The notes under the pieces are model-generated. The model was not told the origin of the DNA. It did no database searches and saw only the letters and a program-made list of their open reading frames with translations. Positions 58,201 through 64,000 of a DNA stretch of 64,000 nt are shown here, in pieces. The position numbers were made by a program, and so were the translations under genes. The stretch's first letter is position 1. Each line of letters starts with the position of its first letter. This stretch comes from an uncultured Elusimicrobia bacterium (GTDB lineage Bacteria; Elusimicrobiota; Endomicrobiia; Endomicrobiales; CAIRNS01): positions 66,462 to 130,461 of the forward strand of contig CAIRNS010000028.1 of NCBI GenBank assembly GCA_903880015.1, in the 5' to 3' direction.

Positions 58201-59647
58201 AGATGCGTCTTAATACCTCAGGTCTTTTTTTACTGTAATATATGACCAGATAGCCCAAGCGTGGATTAATAAGTCCGTTGGTCAGCAGATATTTTTCAAT
58301 CTCCTCAGGGGAAGCTTTCTCCGTAAGCACGCGCCTCGCTTTTGCGGCTTCATCCGTATTCACGGCCGTTTTTGTGAGGAGTAACTCCAGCACCTGGGGG
58401 TCATCAATCATTGCGGTAATGCGGGTTACCAGCTCGGCCGACACATCGTTGCCGTATGTATTGTTATCAATAGATTTTACAATTTCCGACCTCAAGCGAT
58501 TCGCGGTATCAGGCGCTTGCGTTTCTAACTTTACGATAATATCCATCATATTCATGATACAGGTATTTACCAGATCCATCTTACCATCATACTGGTCTGT
58601 AAAATTATAGTTTGCGAGGGGTTTTAAGATGCCGGCTTCCCGGTCCAATATAGTTTTTAGTTCATCGTAAACTTTCAGCAAAAGTGCCGGATTCGTGATG
58701 TTATCATAGACCATGTAGGGCATCAAATCATTCACTGTCTGCGGGTTTTGAGCGGAAAGATTAGCTGAGGTAATTCTTTGCAATACGAAATCGGCTTCGC
58801 CCGCTTCAATAATCCTCTTAATCACCCAGATAACCGTTGGAACGCGCAGAGAATTAGTCCCCAGGATAGTAATCAGTGAATCTATGGTTTTGGTTACTAA
58901 CTCTTGCGAATGACCATCATTGTTGTTTTTTAATAATTGTATTATTGCAACAAGCTCGCTCACCGGTTGATCGTTTTGTTTTGCTTTATTATTAATCGCA
59001 TCGCGATATATATTGCCTGACATTGGCACCAAGCTCTCAATAAAGCTTGTCAGGTCTCCGTTAGTTTGCTCAAGTGTTGCGAGCGAGATGACAACAGTGG
59101 CTTTTCTGGAAACGGTCAGCGGGGCTTTAACCGTAGTCAACCCGAAAGTCCCGAAGAGCAGGTTGTAGATAAAATGGGCAGCAACATTGGCGAGATAGGC
59201 GGCGAGCAGGGGGTTGATGCCGAAGGGATGGAGAAATCCGGCGGATACGGTGACGGCTAAGATAATCGCGGCCCCTATCGCGCGGAACGCAAATTGTTTC
59301 GGTGTGGACCCATCTTTGCCGGAAAACAGCAGAAAGGAATGCGCAATCCAGTCAATGATGCTTATTGGCGCTACGATAATTTCCGCGGCAATGGTCAAGC
59401 CCGGATGTTCGATGAGGCCCAACTCTGTTTCGTACCATTGGGGGTCAAGGTTGTGCGTCAGGCCCAACCCCTGCGCCACCCAGGCAACGAAGCGATAGAT
59501 AAAAGGAAGCGTGAGGGCGGTCGTTGCTGTTGCGTGTGTCGGGTCAGGATTTGTATGTATCATATTCGGCACAATTTCATGCAAGAGCTTCTCTATCTCG
59601 GCAAGCAACTTCGGCCAGCCGGAGGAAATCCGTTGTTGATAGCGCAT
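55205..59647 (-). CDS. Giant (1480 aa) multi-domain membrane protein with an HExxH metallopeptidase-like motif; function unknown
   Basis: Uninterrupted 4.4-kb ORF with two hydrophobic multi-helix blocks. HEIAH at 57710-57724. Residues ~190-812 are paralogous to the C-terminus of the upstream ORF. Confidence 0.7.
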   Translation of the reverse strand: MRYQQRISSGWPKLLAEIEKLLHEIVPNMIHTNPDPTHATATTALTLPFIYRFVAWVAQGLGLTHNLDPQWYETELGLIEHPGLTIAAEIIVAPISIIDWIAHSFLLFSGKDGSTPKQFAFRAIGAAIILAVTVSAGFLHPFGINPLLAAYLANVAAHFIYNLLFGTFGLTTVKAPLTVSRKATVVISLATLEQTNGDLTSFIESLVPMSGNIYRDAINNKAKQNDQPVSELVAIIQLLKNNNDGHSQELVTKTIDSLITILGTNSLRVPTVIWVIKRIIEAGEADFVLQRITSANLSAQNPQTVNDLMPYMVYDNITNPALLLKVYDELKTILDREAGILKPLANYNFTDQYDGKMDLVNTCIMNMMDIIVKLETQAPDTANRLRSEIVKSIDNNTYGNDVSAELVTRITAMIDDPQVLELLLTKTAVNTDEAAKARRVLTEKASPEEIEKYLLTNGLINPRLGYLVIYYSKKRPEVLRRILRSPNMHISIKLYALSYFADYTINEQTNIKFNSPLPPAEGDKQRKALDKEFIELSSALAGPSKQYIQNLVTAEGWRDSLFNTLWLQDEEAKVHIMATIMASSTIPGVPQLHNPETVLRLAAKASTAIVRDYLDNAYSNFIIGGLLRREGSNRIFFEVVAHEIAHDVLNQKGYHGYNLLTETVHEFAADCTALAFADMFGWNVHEYMDFNIYAARLYNARIHHFIVTESHWAARATLALIMNLYPSHAFQWARFLNTIFSVIYETKIDNFGNFIDKLLEGYSLAGSIYTGSAIKYEDFAANSFESVFKVRLKEKLTIFLAAIPLIAQRLSAMDKPGNTGNDATVAAAVLPENAGRYYQRISAGWPQWLALLEVHLHEFVPMMKNPVVFDRAHSSANTARGAAITAMNTVGWLTGIATVAALGWWLMPLALGYGAIITVLAALATVAGGAAVSFITTGVIHVAYDTNADIPTIVGVSKEDNLPSGAQIIITALPSDVQKRKEILSKASACGISDTYMVNENGKVKIYIDVQAGKEFEASYILALLQGSGSVTGSRNFINLLQTIGEKGLMDGGLMVLRSEGTGTVLQWQNEEITMPESTRTINYGQAQRVLRARHEARRVNVAVEREWTDAFSTMPRLNHPIVLKAVNALDTTVNTLRAQVQTLNNKGAKTYLMYAGDNADDAIKLLNLTGADGIICSSQELTQKIAAIQAEILTGAWVAGRGIKASTEMRNYSVIDLAEPQDATVQPQPWSVIKILVNKDTTGAQLESVVQKMDPTCIVIFENENFQKATKLVTGRRDITEIAIMGINLFELFVTSPREKKEYEHQVAFTMDIAEGSFEAPADEPKLKEALKNILAGNFDAIDANRDLIESAKLHAARTEDRESFLKSFAARYLLASRGKRDGLASPELERMFIEMMTVGGIDSLNFESAKIEVPDTMMAEEVSQMIHQKAKAFKNGNATAISLALIVLFADPRLKTTINRKRNQPADVRLTRAILEAA

Positions 59648-59680
59648 CTCATCGTCAGAAAATACAAAGGCAACGGTAGT

Positions 59681-62600
59681 TTATTTTGGAGAAACTATTT
59701 GAATAATATTATTAAGATAAGTTGACAATCTATCTGGACTTAGGAATACATAAAGATTTTTCTTCAACATGCCCTGAATATCAGCATAATTCATTGGCAC
59801 ATTACCCGTGTATATGGATGGTGTAAATGAATACGCATTAAGGAGTTCAAAGATGAATGTACTGAAATCAACTATCTGTTTTTTATATATCAACGAAAAT
59901 ATGCTGTTTAATAGGCGGGCCCATCGAAGGTTTTTGAGTAGAAAGTGTTTGATTATCTGGGCCATAGCTGCTCTTGCTGCATTATGCTCCTCTTCAACTT
60001 GATAATTATAGTGCTGAGCTATAGCCAAAGTATTTTCATAGTTCCATAACTCCATGAACTCATTGACATCCCAGCCAAACATGTCCGCAAATGCAAAAGC
60101 GGCGCACTCAGCGGTGAATTCATGTATTGATTTTGCCAGTAAATTATCACTGCGATATCCCTGTTGATACAGGACGCTGTGGGCGATTTCATGAGCCAGT
60201 ACTTCGAAAAATGTTCTATTATTCCCTTTTCTCATCAGGACTCCTCCGATGACGAATCCAGAATTTGCATTGCTCCAATAGTCCCTCACTATTGCCTTGC
60301 TTGCCTTTGCCGCGAGCTGCAATACTGTTTTCGGGTCGCTGAATTGCGGGACTTCGGGCATTGTGGATGAGACTATGAGCGCGGCCATTATGTATGCTTT
60401 CATCGCTTCGTCCTGCAGCCATATATTGTTGAAAAGCCAATCTCTCCACCCCTCAGTTTTTTCAAGATTCACAATATACTGCTTTGATGGTCCTGAAAAA
60501 TCGTTCCTGTACTGCATGAACTCATCATCCCAAGCTTTATATTTAATGTTTTTATCTGTTTGGTTCAAAGTGTCATCATGCTCAATTTTTCCTTTTTCGT
60601 CGACCGCATAGCGCGCAAAATAACTTAATGCGTAAAGCTTGATGCTTATGTGCATATCAGGACTTTGTAAGATGAGTCTTAATACATCAGGTTTGTTTTT
60701 GCTGTAATTTATGACCAGAAAGCCCAAGCGTGGATTAGTCAGTCCCTTGGTTTTCAGATAATTCACAATAGTTTTCGGTGCAGCGGTATTATTAAGTACG
60801 CCTCGCGCTTTTGCGGCCTCTCTCGTATCAACGGCTGTCTTGGTGAGGAGTAACTCGAGGACATGGGGGTCATCAATCATTGCGGTTAGGTGGGTTATCA
60901 GCTCAGCCGACACATCGTCGCCGTATGTATTGTTATCAATAGATTGCACAATCTCTAACTTCAAGCGATTGGCGGTATCAGGCGATTGCGCTTCTAACTT
61001 TACGATAATATCCATCATAACCGCGATGCAATTATTTATCAGATTCCAATCTTGTTCTTGTTTGTTTCCTATGCCGGCTTCTCGCTCTAGTATGGTTTCT
61101 AGTTTACCGTAAATCGTAAGCAGAATTTCTGAATTTTGATCGTTCCTAGTATAAATCCAATACATCAGTTCATACAGTGTTTGTGGATTTTGAGTGTACA
61201 GATACGTTGTGCTAATTCCCTGCAATATACTATCGCCTGCTCCCGCCTGAATTAAATTGAGCATAGCCCACCTAGCCGTTGCAACATGTGCATTATCAGG
61301 CGCGATCATTTTCATCAGAGAATCAATGGTTTTGGCTAATAATCCTTTAGAATAAATATCATTTTGGGCTTTCAATGATTTGATTATTTCATAAAGCTCG
61401 TTTAACGGGTTAGTATTTTGTTTAAAATTTGCTGTCTGCTTCTCAATGCTTTCGATGAATTTTGTCAGATCTCCGTTGGCATCCCAAAGGGCATCAAGGG
61501 TTATGGAAGCAGGGGCTTGCCCGTGTTGTGTCATCGGGGCGCGGAAATTATGGTTGAACAGGGTGCGGAAAGCAGGGGGGAGATACGAATTAATGGCAAA
61601 GAATATTGCATCGAGTATGTTGATTGTGGAATGAACCATGGCGCTGACGATGTTTGCGACTCCCGGGATGCCGGGCAGTTGCAGGATGGTGAATGGGGCT
61701 GACAAGATTACCGTTATCCATGTTCCCCTGCGTACCCAGTCGTTTGCTTGAGCATCTATATAGTAGTGCTCAGCTACAAATGTATTAATCCGGTCATGTA
61801 AGTCTTTTCTCAGTGGTGCGTTAAATATCGCCTTCAGCGCGAGACGAGCGATTTCAGTTAATTCTATGGATTCCACTATCGGAGCGAAGAATATATTATC
61901 AATCTCCGTGACCGCGGCACCGGCAATTCCGTTCTCATTGTTTTTGTTTAGTATTCCTCTGCCTTCCAGCCAGTGCTGAAGGAATCGGCTGGGTAAAATG
62001 CGAAATAATATTTTATTTTGTTTATTAATCGAAGATGTGAACTGTCCAATCACTCGGGGATTTAACGGCACTTGTTTTATAAGATTATTACTAAATAGCA
62101 CCTTATTTGATGATGATGCGGGCTGGGTCAAAAACTGGGCAACGATGCGCGCGCTATCATAGAAAGGGCGAAACAGATTTTTTAGTGCTATGAAGGCGAG
62201 GAGAAATGCGACATATGCGTGCGAACCGAATGCTTCGGGAACATATAGTTCGTTGTTCAATCCAAGGGTCAGCATAACCTTATCGAATGCCATTTGAGCG
62301 CTAAAAATCAAAGTTTTCCTGAACACGGATACGCGGTGTGTCAGTGGTGCGGTCCAAGTGTAATCGGGCAATATCTTCTCGAAGAGATTACGATCAGTTG
62401 TGATAAAGTATGTAAAATCCTTCACCGCCGCTGATTTTGAATTAATCCACATCCTTCCCGTGATTGCACGGAAAGTACTCCTAAAATATTCATCTTGTTG
62501 CTCTTTTGCTGTAGTGCCGGTCGACGATTGATGTATTTCGCTTATCAATTGTTTCATGTCAAGGCTCTGCATTAATGATTTTAGCGACCTAAACAAGGGC

Positions 62601-64000
62601 CCGATACCTTCTCTCTGCCAGAAGTTCCGTAGCGATCTCCATATTTTCCCGCTAAGTCCGGTAGGGAGGGGGCTCATATCCTGCAGAAATTTCGCTGCGG
62701 CATCATTCGGAGTCCATAATTTTTCGTCTTCGAGCCAGGTGCTGTTCGGTCTCTGTAATGCCTCGCCCACGGCTTTCAGTGCCAGAGGACAGCGTTCAAA
62801 ATCAATGTTTCCTTCAGCATCAGTGAGCAGTGCCTCTACGATTGCATACCCAACACAATGGACTGGAGCATCGAACGCCAATGTGCCGTGCGCTGTGGCC
62901 CCTTTGAATTCGTAAATCGCATTCGCCAGAATACGGTCAGCATCCTCAAGTGAGAATTCCTTCAGCGCGTTTTCGTGAAGTGCTCTCAAGAAGTAAAGTT
63001 TCTTTTGCTCGGTATCAAGTTTTGAGTGATGGGGATTAGCAGTATAGTCAAGGAATTGTCTGCCTATAAAAGCAAGCACCTTCAGGTCTTTCGCCAAGGC
63101 GATTCTTTCATCTTCGCTATTTGTTTGCCACTGTACATACGTGTCGGACAACTCCGCGACAGCTTCCCTTACGCTTGCTGACATTGGTTTGTCGTAAAGC
63201 ATCTGATGGATTCGATGCCCCAACTCATGTGCAATGATTCTCACCGTATCTCCAATCACGGCATGGTCATCCATCACCAAATTGATGCCTCGGTTATTCG
63301 CAAAGGATTGCCAGTCCCCACGCTCGATATCGATCATGGTCGCGCGTATGATTTGATTGATAGAATGTATATTCATCCCCATCACGACCCCGAGAATCAG
63401 TGCTATCGGTCTTAAAAGCACGCGGGACATAAGTATCAACCGAACCATCGCCTTCGATTCTGCAATAGCAGCCGCATGGCGCGTTTCTGATTCTTTATCG
63501 GTACCGCCTTCACGTAGAGCATCCAAAGCTTTGCGGCGTAGATCATTGTCAAAATCGCCGAAAGAGGTTATTACTTCTTTCATCGCTTGTGTATGTGAGA
63601 AGATGTTAAGCATTCTATTCTGCAATTCTTTTTCACGAATGAGTTTGTGGAGTTCATTGTCCTTTTGTGCAAAATCATAAGCGTCTTGCTGCAATTGTTC
63701 CGTCTCCAGAACCAGTGCCATTACCGATTGGTTTTGCTCAGGCCGGGATTCACGCAATTCGCCGGCAACTATGTAGACCTCGCGGGTGCCTATATCGGAA
63801 AAACTTTTCATTCTTTTGAGTCGCCGGACAAACGCGTTCGAAACTTCCTTGTTCGTCTCTTTCTGTAATGCCTCTTTCAATTCATTGTCGGTTTTCGCAC
63901 CGAGAGAAGCTTTTGCCAGATCATATACACTACGATGAGCTCGACTTCCCACAACATACGCTCGTATGCCACGGATAACCCCTCTCTCAACCACCGGGGA
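59681..64000 (-). CDS. Giant (>1437 aa) membrane protein with two HExxH motifs; 5' end outside the window; function unknown
   Basis: The ORF is open to the window edge. HELGH at 63215-63229 (after a TM helix, M48/M56-like context) and HEIAH at 60179-60193. Confidence 0.7.
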   Translation of the reverse strand, partial: SPVVERGVIRGIRAYVVGSRAHRSVYDLAKASLGAKTDNELKEALQKETNKEVSNAFVRRLKRMKSFSDIGTREVYIVAGELRESRPEQNQSVMALVLETEQLQQDAYDFAQKDNELHKLIREKELQNRMLNIFSHTQAMKEVITSFGDFDNDLRRKALDALREGGTDKESETRHAAAIAESKAMVRLILMSRVLLRPIALILGVVMGMNIHSINQIIRATMIDIERGDWQSFANNRGINLVMDDHAVIGDTVRIIAHELGHRIHQMLYDKPMSASVREAVAELSDTYVQWQTNSEDERIALAKDLKVLAFIGRQFLDYTANPHHSKLDTEQKKLYFLRALHENALKEFSLEDADRILANAIYEFKGATAHGTLAFDAPVHCVGYAIVEALLTDAEGNIDFERCPLALKAVGEALQRPNSTWLEDEKLWTPNDAAAKFLQDMSPLPTGLSGKIWRSLRNFWQREGIGPLFRSLKSLMQSLDMKQLISEIHQSSTGTTAKEQQDEYFRSTFRAITGRMWINSKSAAVKDFTYFITTDRNLFEKILPDYTWTAPLTHRVSVFRKTLIFSAQMAFDKVMLTLGLNNELYVPEAFGSHAYVAFLLAFIALKNLFRPFYDSARIVAQFLTQPASSSNKVLFSNNLIKQVPLNPRVIGQFTSSINKQNKILFRILPSRFLQHWLEGRGILNKNNENGIAGAAVTEIDNIFFAPIVESIELTEIARLALKAIFNAPLRKDLHDRINTFVAEHYYIDAQANDWVRRGTWITVILSAPFTILQLPGIPGVANIVSAMVHSTINILDAIFFAINSYLPPAFRTLFNHNFRAPMTQHGQAPASITLDALWDANGDLTKFIESIEKQTANFKQNTNPLNELYEIIKSLKAQNDIYSKGLLAKTIDSLMKMIAPDNAHVATARWAMLNLIQAGAGDSILQGISTTYLYTQNPQTLYELMYWIYTRNDQNSEILLTIYGKLETILEREAGIGNKQEQDWNLINNCIAVMMDIIVKLEAQSPDTANRLKLEIVQSIDNNTYGDDVSAELITHLTAMIDDPHVLELLLTKTAVDTREAAKARGVLNNTAAPKTIVNYLKTKGLTNPRLGFLVINYSKNKPDVLRLILQSPDMHISIKLYALSYFARYAVDEKGKIEHDDTLNQTDKNIKYKAWDDEFMQYRNDFSGPSKQYIVNLEKTEGWRDWLFNNIWLQDEAMKAYIMAALIVSSTMPEVPQFSDPKTVLQLAAKASKAIVRDYWSNANSGFVIGGVLMRKGNNRTFFEVLAHEIAHSVLYQQGYRSDNLLAKSIHEFTAECAAFAFADMFGWDVNEFMELWNYENTLAIAQHYNYQVEEEHNAARAAMAQIIKHFLLKNLRWARLLNSIFSLIYKKQIVDFSTFIFELLNAYSFTPSIYTGNVPMNYADIQGMLKKNLYVFLSPDRLSTYLNNIIQIVSPK

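Overview
This 64-kb window looks like chromosome from a diderm, probably anaerobic bacterium. The anaerobe call rests on a four-subunit pyruvate:ferredoxin oxidoreductase, a short MetF and a NapH-like polyferredoxin. Taxon cannot be fixed from sequence alone.

I support about 60 protein genes, 4 tRNAs (Ser-CGA, Ser-GGA, Ala-CGC, Asn-GTT), several intrinsic terminators and sigma70-like promoters, and two families of short hairpin repeat elements.

Housekeeping content: tatC (partial), pgi, a cbiMNQO-type Ni/Co ECF transporter, two tandem amt-glnK pairs, dnaE, accA, fba, aspS, metF, dnaX, recR, porGDAB, blc and tag.

Unusual content:
1. Two tandem giant paralogous membrane proteins on the minus strand (55.2-64.0 kb). 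They carry several HExxH metallopeptidase-like motifs, sit in a compositionally mosaic AT-rich region, and I cannot place them in any family.
2. A TPR / radical-SAM-SPASM gene pair that appears to be one frameshifted gene, followed by an SGNH hydrolase with an inserted TPR array.
3. A tightly coupled operon (26.4-33.7 kb): histidine kinase, two REC-GGDEF-like paralogs with a non-canonical GGDDF motif, an OmpR-type regulator, a sigma factor, a PorV-like barrel with TPR, and a small CTD-like protein.
4. A PorV-like barrel plus small CTD/FlgD-Ig-like protein module that occurs twice.
5. aspS bracketed by two direct copies of a ~90-nt hairpin element that carries 26-28-nt tandem repeats.
6. A SipW-type signal peptidase fused to a methyltransferase-like domain.

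Three apparent 1-nt frameshifts, two at homopolymer runs and a third probably at one, suggest consensus errors rather than real pseudogenes. No CRISPR array, integrase, transposase or rRNA was seen. All functional calls come from motif recognition by eye; no database search was run.
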